Below, piece after piece: positions 24,840-38,053 of a stretch of DNA of 64,000 nucleotides. The position numbers and the translations under genes were made by a program. Every line of letters starts with the position of its first letter. Within the stretch, counting starts at the first letter, position 1. The notes under the pieces are model-generated. The model was not told the origin of the DNA. It worked only from the letters and a program-made list of their open reading frames with translations, and did not search any database. This DNA is from Pavona decussata. Taxonomy: Eukaryota. The stretch is from positions 2,232,001 through 2,296,000 of the forward strand of contig CDRNST010000035.1 of the NCBI GenBank assembly GCA_977016875.1, written 5' to 3'.

Positions 24840-27260
24840 AGAAGAAAATCCATATATTCCTCTTCCAAGAGAATTTGCTTTGAAAAAAACATAGTTAATA
24901 TTCAAAACAAAGATAATGAATATTTTAAATGGTGTATCTTGCGATATTTAAATCCTCTTGAGAATAATCAAGTGAGAATTGGTGATTTGAAAAAAAAAAG
25001 ATAATTTAAATTTTGATGGGATTGAGTTTCCAGTTAAACTTGATGATATTGAAAAACTTGAAAGACGAACTACTGATTTGACAGGAATTAATGTTTATGG
25101 ATACGAAAATAAAAAAGATTTATTTACTTAAAATTAATATAAGAGATACTTGCAAATCTATTGATTTGTTATTAATATCAGACGATAAAACGAAACATTA
25201 TTGTCTAATGGTGAAATCAGCTCACAAATTAATAAACACGATGGGGAAAATATTTTTGTAAAATGTGTTTTTCTCATTTTGACAAAAAAAGAATTGTTGG
25301 AAAAACACGCTACATTTTGTAAGTCAAATAAACCTGTCAGAATTGACATGCCCAAGCATCCTCTTCTTTGTTTTAAAAACCATAATAGAAAAGTAAAGAA
25401 GCTTTTTGTGGTGTGTGCTGATTTTGAATGTTTTACAAATTCGATTCAGAGTTGTTCTCAAAATCCAGAATCTTCTTTTACTGAAAAATATCAAAAACAT
25501 ACTCCATCTGGATACTGTTTGATTGTCAAGGCTGATGATTCAATAAAATGTGAAATGGAACCCTTTATTTATTCAAAACAGGGTGAAGAAGATAATGCAT
25601 CAGAAGATTTTGTTCAAGATCTTCAAATACTTACGAATAAGACAAATTTCCAAAAAAAAAAAAGGAATTGTGGCAAAAGAAGATAAAAACAATTTTAAAA
25701 CGAAATTGTATGTCATATATGTGGTATTGAATTCAATTCACAACCTTTCGGGATTTGATTCTCATCTTTTTATTAAATAGTTATGAAGAGGTGGAGAAAA
25801 TATAAAATGCATCCTAAACGCGAATGAGAATATATTTCATTTCCAAAGATTTAATAGTCGACAAATTCAAGTTGGATGAAAAAACAATCAATACCAGATT
25901 TGAATTAACCGTTTCAAATTCCTGTCAACACGTTTGGTAAGTTTAGTCAACAAACGTGAGAAAAAAGTATGAATTAGATCCCGTTTATTATTACACTGCT
26001 CCCGATCTTGCTTGGGATGCTTGTTTGAAGCAAACAATTACAACTTTTACAACTTTTATAAGATTCTGAAATGTTGCTCATGTTTGAAAGAGGTATTCGA
26101 GGAGGAATATCAATGATACCAAAGAGATATGCTAAAGAAAATAAGAAGTATATGAAATATTATGATCCTTCTAAGCCATCCAAATTTATCCCATATCTTG
26201 ATGCAAAAAATGTCAAGATAACTTTCAACAGGAGAATTTGAATGGATGAAAAAGAAAGAATTAAGTAACTGGGACAAATTTAATGAATGTGAAGAAAAGG
26301 CTTGTATTTTAGAAGTTGATCTCGAATATTCTTCCACATTACATGAAAACATGATGAATATCCTCTTGCTCCTGAAACAATTAAAATCAATGGTGACGAA
26401 AAATTAATTCCGCATCTTGTACCGAGTAAGAACTATATATTGCATGCTTCAAATTTACGTCTTTACACTGCTTTAGGAATTTTTTTTAACATAAATTCAT
26501 AGAGGAATAAAATTTGATAATAGTAATTTGCTTAAACCATATATTGATTTGAATACAAATATAAGAACACAGACAAAATCTGAATTTGAAAAAGGTTTCT
26601 TCAAACTAATGAATAATTCTGTTTTCGGAAAAACGATGGAAAACATTCGAAACAAAGAACATGTAAGATTGGTTAACAATGCAAAACAAGCAAGAAAATT
26701 AGTGAACAAGACAAATTTTAAAAAACTAAACATATCAAGTTGATAAAAATCTTATTGCGATACATATGAAAAAAACTTGTTTTCAACGAACCTGTTTACT
26801 TGGAAATGTGCATTCTTGATATTAGCAAATAACTAATATCCGAATTTCATTATAAGTGTATCAAACCAAAATGCAAAGAAAAAGCACAACTGTTATTCAC
26901 AGACACTGATTCATTAATGTATGATAGAGAAACGGAATTTACAAGGATATTTCTCAAGATGTCAAAAAAACATTTGATACCTCCAAAGTTTCTAACCAGT
27001 CATCAGGAATTCAAACTGTAAAGAGTAAAAAGATCATCGGTATGTTTAAAAAATTAAACCGGTGGTAAAGAAATAACGGAATTTGCCGGATTGCGATCAA
27101 AACATTTTTCTATTAAAATTGATGGGGAAGAGGGGTGAAAGCTCTGCAAGAAAAGAAATATAAAGGAATTAAAAAGGTGGTTATTAAAAATGAGATAAGT
27201 TTGGAAGATTACAAACAAGGTTTATTCTCTGAAGGGGAAGAAATGAAAAATGTTAATTTA
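24840..27260 (+). pseudogene. Protein-primed DNA polymerase B of Polinton/adintovirus type, frameshifted
   Basis: Motifs YIPLP..VNIQNKDNE.FKWCIL, VCADFEC (ExoI), HNLSGFDSHLFIK (ExoII), [50 protein letters not shown] and LFTDTDS. Confidence 0.92.
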
Positions 27261-28130
27261 AAAGCATTATTTTTGCCTTTTGTTACTAAACTTAAATACA
27301 AATGCAACTTTAATGAACTCGCGTAAACGTGCGTACCCTCAGGACTCTAGCGAACATTAATATGCGAAATAGACTCTATTTAAGTGAATGAGCGAGTTCT
27401 AAATGACTATCATACGTCCGTCGAAAGAAACGAACTAAGGGGTAAGTTGTTTAAACTTCAGTCAATTTCCATTATTCTAAGCGCCCTCAAAGTTCCATAG
27501 TTCCAGGAAGCCTATAGTTTATAAGCCCCCGGCTTCTATATAGGCTTCCTTGCCTTTACCACATTTGATTTTGTAAACAATTATGTAGGAATATTGTATA
27601 TTATCTTTAATGTATTTCTGTATACTGTTGTTGTATTTCTGGTTAATGGCAAAATAAATGAATAAATGAAATAAAAGAATAAAGTATTGTTAGCTTTCTT
27701 TCAGTGATTTGACAAAACGCCGCTGCTGCTGCTAATGTAAAAATCCCCGACGGTGAAATAAAGTTATCAACAAGAAATATAAATATTATCAAAAGTGACA
27801 AACATGACATCACTTGTAATAAAGTTACATCGTCAGGAACAGAGAGTAAGCGAATAATAATGTATGACAAGATACACACTCTTACATATAATCATTATAA
27901 ACTTGTAACCTGATTCAAGAAAATAATAATTATTTTCAAATAAAAAATGGACAAATATATCGAATCGGAAAAGTCCCCTGACAATGAAGATCCTGCTGTG
28001 GAGCAAAAATTGGAAACAAATATGAGGAACGATGTAGTGGTAATTTTCGAAATGAATCGGTGTATCAAAGAAAATATCGCGTACGGAAATTTTTCAATGA
28101 AATGAACATCCCTGGGGAAGACAAGGATAA

Positions 28131-28306
28131 AATAAGCCATTTCCGAATTGTTGCAAACCTCATATGAAAGCGAGGCTAAGTGCCAAGTTTTCATTAGGAA
28201 AATTAGTTTTCATTCATATGCAAACAAAACTAATTTTAAAATCAAAAGCTTTGCATTTAGCTTCGCTTCCATAATGAGGTTCACAGCAACTCGGAAATGG
28301 CCTATT
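28131..28306. mobile_element. Short MITE inserted in a Polinton ORF
   Basis: TIR aataagccatttccga / tcggaaatggcctatt. Absent at the paralogous site (~1635). Confidence 0.8.
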
Positions 28307-29039
28307 AAATTATTTGTTTATAAGTAATGGAAGAATTTATTTCGCAAGTTGATAAAGAAAGAAAAAGAATAATTCCCTTGAAATAAATCATAAAGCGAAT
28401 TCTAAATCTTCTTCATGCTTATAAAACAAAATTAGAATACAAAAAGTGGTGCTCAGAAATTTATGAATTACATAAAGATAAAATTGATAGAATAATATCA
28501 GGAAACAACGTTTCAAATTTATAGGTTGAAAACCCTGTTAAACTGTTTTTCAAAATTTATCGGAGGACACAGGTCAATTATCATTTCATCCAATAGCCTC
28601 TTATTGTTATAAAATTTGCGTGATTAAAATGATTCCCTCTCAGAAAAGATCTGAAATACACCAGTTCTTTTTTTTTTTTTTTTGATTAGTTGTGTAAGCA
28701 AACTTGCCTACTTCGATTTTCTTTTTATAACTTTTTATTTTAGAAAATGTTTTCAATAACAAACCTGATCCGGAAATTATTCCCAATGATATTGGATTCA
28801 AAGTTATTCCACCCCACTATCGTTCCAATGACGATAAGAGAGGTGAAAGCCGTATTGATTTATAAATTGATTTGCTTAAACTGTTCATAAGTCTTTTTAT
28901 GACATTAAAATTGCTTGTGATAAAATTTGTACAAGGATTTAATCTCTTCCAATTTCTCTTTACTCATATTGTTATCGATATGATTGAAATCCAAAAAGTT
29001 TTTAATTTATTGAATGATTATATATTATATATCATATAT

Positions 29040-30150
29040 TATATCAGTCATCATTTTTCCATTTTCAACCACAAAAGCTGAATCGTATACTTATAGATCA
29101 ACCGAGGAAAAATAATCTTTGACACCATAAACAATCAAATGTCCAGTTGTTGAAAACGTTGTTTTGCAATGCAGATCAAAATATATATATATAATCAAAT
29201 TGAACCAATGTTTTTGTGTATTTATTCAAGGTTTTTTTTTTTGTTTGTTTGGTTATTGATAGTGTGGTTCCCACAGCTGTTACATTGATATTTGTCATCT
29301 CTGGAGGAAAAAATTCAAGAACGATGGTATAATATCCTATTGGAATCTTGTAAAGATTGAATCCAATCCTGGATCCGTTATCTTTGACGAGTGTTACTTG
29401 ATATGTTTTTTTTGTTCAACCGATGTGGTATGTTTGCATAATCTACGATTCCAACGACCTGAATGTTGTTTTCCAAACTATTGTCGTCAATATCTTGCAT
29501 CAAGCATCTGAATACGTCTTTTTTTATTCCGAGGATGAAACATGACACTCATCCACATATGTTTTGTCTACATCTTTATCACTTGTAGGATTACCAACAT
29601 TTAACCTTATTGTCACACCAATCATTGTATCCTTGATTTACTTTTGCTATCTCATCATCAACGTATCTTTTATGAACAGCTTCATAATTCAAATAAGGAT
29701 TTTTATTTAAATTAGTTATTTCATATTAATCGGACCTTGCAGTGTGCCTCCATGTTTGTTAAACTTTAATTTCAATTCTGCTACTCTTGCGGCGGCGGAT
29801 GGGTCTTCGTGGAATTTCAGAGATCTTATTCTATTTCCTCTCATATCCAAATCCCCACCGATAGCGCCACCTGTTAATTTGTTTAAGAAATTACCATCAA
29901 CATAATTCTTTGAAACAGCATCAGCATTTTCCGTTGGATTAGGAACCTCACTATCATGAAAAATCTTTTTTCCGGTAATTGTTTGATCTCTGGAAGTAAC
30001 CATTACTGCTGATCGTCTATTTCCATCAAAACCATCATAGGTCTTCAAATTGACCAGGCGGACCTCTTGTACCTTTGGATGCAAAATATCTTTTATTTTC
30101 TTGATTAGAGTTGAAGAAACTCATTTTATTTTTAGATGATATTATCCGTA
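29040..30150 (-). pseudogene. Fibre/spike-like repeat protein of the Polinton-like element
   Basis: Repeats VPNPTENADAVSKNYVD, GGAIGGDLDMRGNRIRSL, GGTLQGPINM, AVHKRYVD and NPTSDKD..KTYVD. Frameshifted. Confidence 0.55.
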
Positions 30151-30169
30151 GAAATGTTTTGCAAATATT

Positions 30170-30749
30170 TGTTTAGGCTTGTCAACATGGTTCTTTAGTT
30201 GCTTGTGAAAATTGTTCCACTCCCAACTCTCTTGAAATCATTTTGCTTTCATTGCTGCTTGGAGAATCATAAATGCAATAATGCGAACAGTTTATTCTAA
30301 TATTTTTCAGAGTCTTGTAACAAATTTGAGATGAATATATTACAGAGCAATTTTAATGTCTTCCTTGAATAAAATAGTCCACCAATGGCTTTTGATTTTT
30401 TGCGCGAAAAAGGTAATCAAAAATGACATTTTTTGGCTTTCATTGTCTAAGTCATTGACAGGAAAAATACCATCATTGCTTGGAAGAATAACATTATAAC
30501 CAGCTTGCTGACTACTTTTTCAAATTTATTTAACATATTTTGGTACTTTTCCTGTTCCAGATTTTTGGCATTAAGATGAATTTTGTCATGATACGATAAT
30601 GGTTTCATCAACATGTGCACTAATAGATTTGTTTTTCCACAACAAGTGTTGCAGCAAATTAGCATTCTGAAAGTGTCTTGAGGCATACAATGAAAAAAAC
30701 GTTTGAAATTATTGTTTTTCTTTCTGGAATCATAATTAGGAATGTCCAT
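30170..30749 (-). pseudogene. A32/FtsK-like genome-packaging ATPase of Polinton/adintovirus type
   Basis: FRMLIC..CGKTNLL (degenerate Walker A), and downstream YFIQGRH* and NIRINCSH. Stops and frameshifts present. Confidence 0.85.
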
Positions 30750-30874
30750 TTTATTATATCTTCAGGTAAGGTATATATCTAAAGTTAATATAAAAAGATT
30801 ATACAAGATTACAAGAATACAACAGTTTGGTAGAACCAATGATTAAAGCAGGCGAAATTACAAAGCTCGTAATA

Positions 30875-31172
30875 AGAAATAATAGGTAAATTCAAGGACG
30901 AAGCATGCAGAGTTCCTACACAATGAGTTTATTGGAGTGAGAAGTAAGATGATACATAAAAGACAATGATAAAGGCAGTAAAACAGCAAAAGGAAGAAAG
31001 AAAAATGTTGTAAAAAAGGACATCAAACATGAAGGCTATAAAAATATGTTATTTAATAACAAACAAATGTATCATAAAATGAAAACTATCAGAAGCAATA
31101 ATCATCAACTTGGAAGCTATGAGATAAATTAAGTGTCATTATCATGCTTCGACGATAAACGATATATCCTTC
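30875..31172 (+). pseudogene. Second, distinct Polinton PolB C-terminal fragment
   Basis: IGKFKDEA..NEFIGVRSKM..KTAKG.KKNVVKKDIKHE..TIRS..H.L...EIN*VSLSCFDDKRYIL. Confidence 0.82.
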
Positions 31173-32517
31173 TCAAACTCATCAATAATTCATCAAGAGA
31201 AAACAAAGAAAATCACTACGTGACCGTGGTTTGGACATGTGATCCTAATCACCATAAAATTTTGCCAACTTTAGCCTTGAATTTCTTCAAGAATTATTGA
31301 TCATTTGAGAAGCCATATCAAACACTCGAAAGAGTGTTTCATCAGATATCCAAATACCTCGAAGTCGTTTGAAAAAACTCGGCTGCGCCTCGTTTTTTCA
31401 ACCTACCACTTTGCAACTATCTCAAAGTAAGCGGCGTTTTTCACAGATTTTACGCAATTAAGCTGTGAAAGTTACACACAATTTTATACTAAATGTGGAA
31501 AACTATGTGCCATCATTTCGTTTCTTTAACAAATCACACCACTGTCATTTCACTTAAACACAATAGGATTCTGATGACCAACTTCCTCGGGAAAGTCCCT
31601 GTGGTGTGACATCATTGACTTCCTGTTTCTGGGAATGTCACGCTATGGTGATTCTTTCCTGTTCTTTTTGAAAAACATAGGGTTTCATATTTTTAGGCCC
31701 AACAGATGAAAATGTAGTATACGAGTTGGCACTGTAAGTGATCATTTTTTAAAATGTTCTCGTACCGCCAACTCATAAATTACTTCCAGAAAGGCGTAAA
31801 TTATCCATTCATCTTGAATCTCTCCCTTGAAGCCAGCAGGTGAATGTTAACACGGACGCCTCACGTGATATGAATTGTAAAAGTGTAATTATGATCGGCC
31901 GGTGAAAATCATTCAGCCAGAACAAGTGCTTGCTATGACATTGTGTTCCAGTTTAGCAGGAAGGGTTGAAGGATCCTAATGGCAAATAATCAACTAACAG
32001 AACGCAAGGAAAACGTCGCCGTTCAAGAAGCAAGTAAGTCAATAGTTAAACTACTGACGCCTTTATCGTTTGTATCTTAATCGCACTTAAATGTACGCTA
32101 ACAAGAAAACGCGCATTGTAAGCTATTGCTCGTGAAATAAGGAAATAATTTCACTTGTGTTTTGTCAAAATTCTTATAATTTCCCTCGCCTTTTCACGCG
32201 TATACCATTTGATTACCTTGTAATATCATGGGTGACAAATAAGGCTCACAATCGTGGTCGCTTCCGTCTTGTTTACACACCCAAGCAAAAAAACCATCGA
32301 GTGCTTTATCCAACGGGTCAGGAAGAACCGTCTAAGGGTTTTTCTGAAGGATATTTTCATCACACCAGTTCTAAAAAACCCTCACCCAGTTAACTGTACT
32401 CTTTCGCGTATTTAGGTTTCGTATTCACGCGCTATGACGTGGACGGATGTCTGAATTTGGGCCCATCCAAAATCACTACCACGTGCATTTGGTAGACCAC
32501 TTGACTCGCGTTGGTTG

Positions 32518-32558
32518 CGTGCTGACGAGAGCCGACCAGCTCGAAACAGCTGTCCACG
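32518..32558 (+). ncRNA. Minimal type I hammerhead ribozyme (intact core)
   Basis: cgtg-CTGACGA-gagc/cgacca/gctc-GAAA-cagctg-TC-cacg. All core nucleotides present, 4-bp stems I and II, palindromic stem III and a GUC site (cut after 32554). Confidence 0.82.
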
Positions 32559-32913
32559 GTTGCCGCATTCTGTTGATTCTCGGTTTGGCTTCTATTCTGT
32601 CGCTGTCGTGTTAAGTTTCTACGCAGTCCGATCAGCCTTGCAGAAATTTGAGTCATTTAGGTTTTCTGCAGCGTGTTTTAATGCCGTGACTACATCGTTA
32701 AACCTTGACGCCATCTTGGCGCTGAGATATAGGAAACGTTGCTATAGCAATTTTGTAATTTCACATTAACGCTGAAATTTCGCGCCAAACTTAAGGAGTC
32801 ACCCATGATATTACAGCAAGAATAGAACAATCCATCTACGAACCGCCTTTAAAATCTGTCAAAAGTTGGTCAGTGAATTGTTATTTTCCGTTCAACCTGA
32901 TCGCGTTGTGTTA

Positions 32914-33195
32914 CAGTACGACTAGTGTTACCGGGGTCACACAAAGTTGACCAATCACATCACAGGACACTCCCGCAAAAGTCCATCGAACCAATCATCC
33001 CTTTAACCAAAGCAAGCAAAGATACAAAGTTTTCACAACGAGCTAAATCAGAGGATTCTTTGCCGAACATTTTTTTTTTCAGTTGATGAGAAATTAATAT
33101 TTAGATTTGGCTCAGAGAATCACGTAAAGACAAGTAGAAGGTAATACTTAAAAAGAAATAGAAATTCAGTCCATGATCTTGCAAACGCCGGCGCC
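32914..33195. mobile_element. Left-arm remnant of the foldback MITE seen at 9243-10982
   Basis: ta|CAGTACGACTAGTG... matches 9243-9540. The remainder is missing. Confidence 0.75.
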
Positions 33196-33560
33196 GGAAT
33201 TTTCGCTCAAAGTGTCATTGTACAATTGATACATCGCAGACAAACGACAGAGAGACATTTTGAAGCGTGTGAGGTCTAATATATACTGTACATTTTCGTA
33301 TGCTCTTTCGTTTGGCGTTAAAATGCAAATTACTGTAAATCATGTTTTCCTTTTCTACACTTCTGGCGAGAATGACGAAGCCAAGACATATAAAATTACT
33401 TATAAAAGCCACTTATTTTCAACCTGAAAACATTTAATAACTGTGATCATTATTGCGTCCATAATGTGTTCTTTGCAGTCTTTGCCTTCTGTTTAGTGTT
33501 GGTTTCCAACACTTTTTGTTTTTGTTTTTGTTTTTTTTAATTTTTTTTGTTTGTTCTTAG

Positions 33561-33826
33561 ACCGCGTGGTTCCCGTAGATCGCGTGGCTCCCGTAGTTAA
33601 CGTGGTTCTCAAGGTTTTTCGGGTTGTCGTGGTTGTTCTCGTGTGTCTGATTCTCTTTTTCGCGTGGTTCTACTACTTCATTGTTTCTTCTGGGGCTTCT
33701 ATGTTTGTCAAGTTTCCCACGGTTCTCGTGTTTTTATTTGTTCTTGCGTTTCTCGTGATTAGCGTGGTTAAAGCGGTTGACGATCTTTTGGCTCTCGTAG
33801 ATCGTGTGGTTCGTGGGCTCCGGTAG
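33561..33826 (+). CDS. Putative orphan hydrophobic exon, copy 2
   Basis: ttgttcttag| phase 1 acceptor. LILFFAWFYYFI aligns with LFILFLWFFNFI of copy 1. Confidence 0.3.
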
Positions 33827-34385
33827 ATCTCGTGGCTCTCGTAGTTATCGTGGTTCTGGTTCTCTGGTTCTCGTGGTTCTTAAGCTTATCTGATACTCTA
33901 GTTTTGTAGTTCTCGTGGCTCTTAGGATTCTCTGGTTCTCTGGTTCTACAGGTTCTCTGGTTGTCCTTCTCGTGGTTCTCTGGTTCTCGACTCCTCGTGG
34001 CTCCCGTGGTTCTTATAGTTCTTTGTTGTCGTGTTTCCTCCTTCTTGCGTGGAAAACCATACATATGTGTTACCGCGACAGTCATGATGCCAGCTGTGGA
34101 TATTACACCGGAGATGAGCCAAGTTCTGAAACAAAAAGGTATATTGGTTACTTTAACAGGATTTAACAAATTATACAACTACCAATTAATTAGTATGAAC
34201 TGTACATGTGTTATCACGGAAGCTTGTAAGGATTGATTATTTAATTTAATTTGTTTTAAGTTCACGGTTGAAAAGTAAAGAAATTTGGTAAACTTTGTGT
34301 TAACCATCTAAGATGAATTTTGTTTGCCAGTTTCTGTGTGAACTCTTCAGTCCTGAACTGGTGCTGTTGTTGTTTTTCAAAAATC

Positions 34386-36185
34386 ACGGTTCTTTGTCTT
34401 ACCCTGTATTGACTCCTATCAGAAAGTGGATTTGAGAGTGGTGTCATTTGACGTACCACCCCAAGAGGTACAAGTTATGCATCAGTCAATTCCAACAGAT
34501 CCCCCCACCCCGGGCTGACCCCGGGAATTAGGATTTTTTGAAAATAAACTGGCAAATGCCCCTCCGCCGGGACAAAATAATTGTTCAAATGCCCCTGGGT
34601 GGTGGCTCAAACATGTCAAAAATGTTTCATTTTCGTCGTTTCTCGTCTTACTTTCAGTAAAATCTAAGCTAATTCAGACCAAATTAAGTCATAGCTGCGT
34701 CTTGTTTCCCGTAGTTAGTGGAAAAATAGGTCATTCTACAACTCTAGCGTCCCATTTTATGTCCTATCTAGACGTATTCAATAAGAAATTTACTGTATTT
34801 TCAGATGAATTTGTCATTAAGGAAGCGACAATGCTGTAGGGTGAAATTAAAAAGTGAGGTGGTCAAATGCCCTGGGGTAATTGGGTGGAAGGCTAATGCC
34901 CGACCCCCGTGATGGACAGTGTGGGAAAATGCCCCTCTATTGCCCGGGAAGGATGGGCACGGCTGGAATTGACTGATGCATTATTATAGCGATAATTAAA
35001 AATAAAAATGATCCTCGAAAATCTCACGCCGGGTTTTACCCATTTATTGTAGATACTGTGCAGTAAACCCAGGAGCAAATAGGCTTATGCACTGGGTCAC
35101 ACCCAAACTTTGAAGTAGAAAAAACATGACACCAGAAAGATTTAATGGAATGAAAAGTTGATTTATTGTCTTTTGATACGTTTGGGAAAATCTGTTGGAA
35201 AATAATGTACAGCAAAGAGAAACTTATGTGGAGGGTAAGAGGGAGTGGGCGGATTACTCCTCAGTCATAAATCATGACATAATTTCCTCATCAGATGATA
35301 CCACCATTGCAGACATTATCCTCCAAGTGTCGCTGCTATAGCTTTAAAACCTGGTCTAGATAAGGATAAACAAGAAACCCACTAAAAAAAACTAACTAAA
35401 GGCTTTTTTTACCATGCCCCTTTTGCCCCATATTCCGTTGGGTGCCCCTGCTATATATATAAACGCAAGACGAGATTCATCCCCAGTGTTATTACCAGGC
35501 TGCGGCCTTGCGGGATTCCCACGGGAAAAATTGAATGGCACATAAGAAGCCACGAAAAGGGCGCCCTAGGATGCTTAACAAACCAAATCGACTTTCAGAA
35601 GTTAGTAAGTCGAGAAATTTTTCGACCAAAAAGCGAATACTCCAGCTCAATTTGAACCCTATTATTATTCCCAAATCAGCACCTAATCAAATAAGTTCCC
35701 ATCAACTAGAGAGCTTGGCAAAGTCGAAGGGGTTCAGTAATCCCAAAGGATTTTCTCCAAGACAGTTAGTGACCATGAGGAACTCTGACCCAATCGATTT
35801 CCTGCGGGGCCCCCTTTTTCTTTCAGCAAAGGGGCCCTAAGGCTTCACAAGACAAAATCCTGGTAAGAGCAGTGCATGGCCATGGGCTTTCCCTGTCTGA
35901 CAAATGTGAAAGTAAGTGTAGGGAAATAAGGATTGCAAGATGTTTTTAATATACTGGTACCTAGCTTGCTTGTTTATTTCCTTCAGGTGATTGCTGCCGA
36001 GGGAGAGATGGATGCATCTCGTGCACTGAAGGAAGCTGCTGAAATCATTTCAGAGTCGCCGTCTGCTCTTCAGCTGCAATACTTGCAAACACCGACCACC
36101 ATCTCTGCTGAGAAAAATTCAACCATCCTTTCCCCCTCTCTCTGTCAATTTTTTGTCCAGATTTCTTCCAAATGAAGGCAAATGA
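34386..36185 (+). pseudogene. STOM: Stomatin-like copy 2 pseudogene (only exon 4 and exon 7 remnants)
   Basis: Exon 4 remnant ~34386-34467 has lost its acceptor AG. Exon 7 at 35987-36185 has a 1-nt frameshift near NSTI. Exons 2, 3, 5 and 6 are absent. Confidence 0.9.
34478..34980. mobile_element. PIF/Harbinger-type MITE, TTA TSD
   Basis: tta|TGCATCAGTCAATTCCA...TGGAATTGACTGATGCA|tta. Empty site at ~15832 in copy 1. Confidence 0.88.
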
Positions 36186-36304
36186 CTAGCTGGACAGTGT
36201 GAAGACAATAGTCGCCTTTAACTGAATCAGTATTCTTTAAAATCAGATTATTGTCTGAATACAACTTGGAATGCTTCCATAGTTTAAGACTTATTGTTTA
36301 CACT

Positions 36305-36845
36305 CAGGGGCGTAGCGTGGGAATTTGAAGATATACGCACGAGAATAAATTTTCGTAAGCGCCTTTGGCGCTTTAGGGTCTCGGAAATGCCATTTCCTGG
36401 TTGTTCTGCGGGGCATTTTCAATAAATAATGCGGCAACAATGCAGTAGAAAGTTGTTTATTTTAACCATTTCCCTAGTGTTTTCTGTAAGCTATAGTGGC
36501 TGAAAAGAGAAAAAATACAAAAACAATGAAGCAGGTCACAAGCAAAGGGCGAGGCGTCGGCCCTTAAGACGGGCAAATTCCGTAACCAACTTGTCAATAT
36601 CCACGTTCTTATGTTTATGTATTTGAAGGATTGCTAGGGAGCTTAATCTTTCGTCCGTCATCGTAATAGTTATTAGTGGCCAGCACTGAATGATTAATAC
36701 TTGGATAATGGAAATTTTTATAAGAAACGCCAGTATAATGTGAAAATATGAAATTATTACCCAGCAAATTTAATGAGAAAATTTTTTTTCTCAGATTTCA
36801 GCTGTACGCACGGGCGCACGTGCGTATATGGACGCTACGCCCCTG
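36305..36845. mobile_element. hAT-like MITE (CAGGG ends) with 5-bp TSD
   Basis: acact|CAGGGGCGTAGCGT...ACGCTACGCCCCTG|atact. Empty site tttatactgtg at ~21712-21722. Confidence 0.85.
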
Positions 36846-38053
36846 ATACTGTGAAGTACATGTAGGCTTTGGTTAGTCACAGCATCTTGAGACCGTCACT
36901 GGCTGTTTGTCTTTTCCACAGTTAGGCACGAAAACAAAACCTTTCTGGCTTGCTGGCATATCAGATGATATGCACGACAATACCCTCAGCTGAAAGATTG
37001 CCCTCAATATTTCAAAGGTTCCCTCAAAACTTTGCTTTTAGGCCAACTGCTGTTTTTTTCTAGAACGTCTTTCAGCCTCGGCCTCGGGCAATATCCTCAG
37101 ATATACCAGCCGCCTGAAGGGATTTGTTTACTAAATAATAGTAAAACCAGGATACCATACATGTAGGCCCTTTAGTGTTCCAGATATATCATAGATTCCA
37201 TGACAGCCAATTAGCAGTAACGTATGAATTTATTAAATGTTGTGTTTTATAAGAAATTTGGTTAAGCACCTTAAAGGTGAGTAGAATTTGCACACCAATG
37301 TGTGAATAAAAAATAGAAAGTAATTACCATTAAATGATAAATAAGAAATTGCTTTGTTTGGGTCAACTGTCACTTCAACAATGTGGATGTTTCAACAACA
37401 TGTCAATTGAACAAAGATAGTGCATACACCAGGCCAGGGACCCTGTATCAAATTTTTAGTAAATGTTATTAACCTGCTCTTTCAAACTATACGTTATAAT
37501 ATTCCTTAGAGGTCCACTAGAGAGTATGTTTATTCAGATCATTCAGTTATGTTAAAATAAATAAATGTCTGTCTACCTGATGATTCTGTCAGTCATTGGT
37601 GTTTCAATAAACCTCAAGGTTTAAGCTCAGTTTCAATAGGGTAGCTGTTGATATTTTTTTGTCTAAATATAGATATATAGGTCAGCATTTGAGCTATGGA
37701 CAAACCCGTGCACTCAAACTTCCCAGGGGTAACACCAGATACATCAGCTCTTCTCCCGAAAAAGACCATTTGTAATAAACCAAGCATTGATTAGAAAAAC
37801 TACAGTGGCTGTCTTAATGACTTTGATGTATTTGAATAATTTTATTATTAGTTCATTTAAAGTTCGCTAGGTTATGTGTTCATTATGCTACAACTAAATT
37901 ATATAGAAATATAATAGACTTTAGTCTGACCGTATATAATATGCAATCTGTAAAACAAGTAAGTTGTAATCCTAAATCTGTAGGTTCTGATGAATAAAAA
38001 AGTGTTTTGGCCTCCAGCTGTCTCTTTTTGTTTTTGTTTTTATATTGAATTCA

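Larger units (their letters stand above)
23945..31172. mobile_element. Endogenous Polinton/Maverick-adintovirus-like element remnant
   Basis: Very AT-rich, intronless cluster of PolB (+), small ORFs, a fibre-like ORF (-) and an A32 ATPase (-). Confidence 0.88.

Noticed and set aside
31571-31630. CTGATGA...GAAA...GACTT resembling another hammerhead
   Set aside because: Stem II is only 2 bp with the wrong closing pair, and stem I cannot form next to the core.
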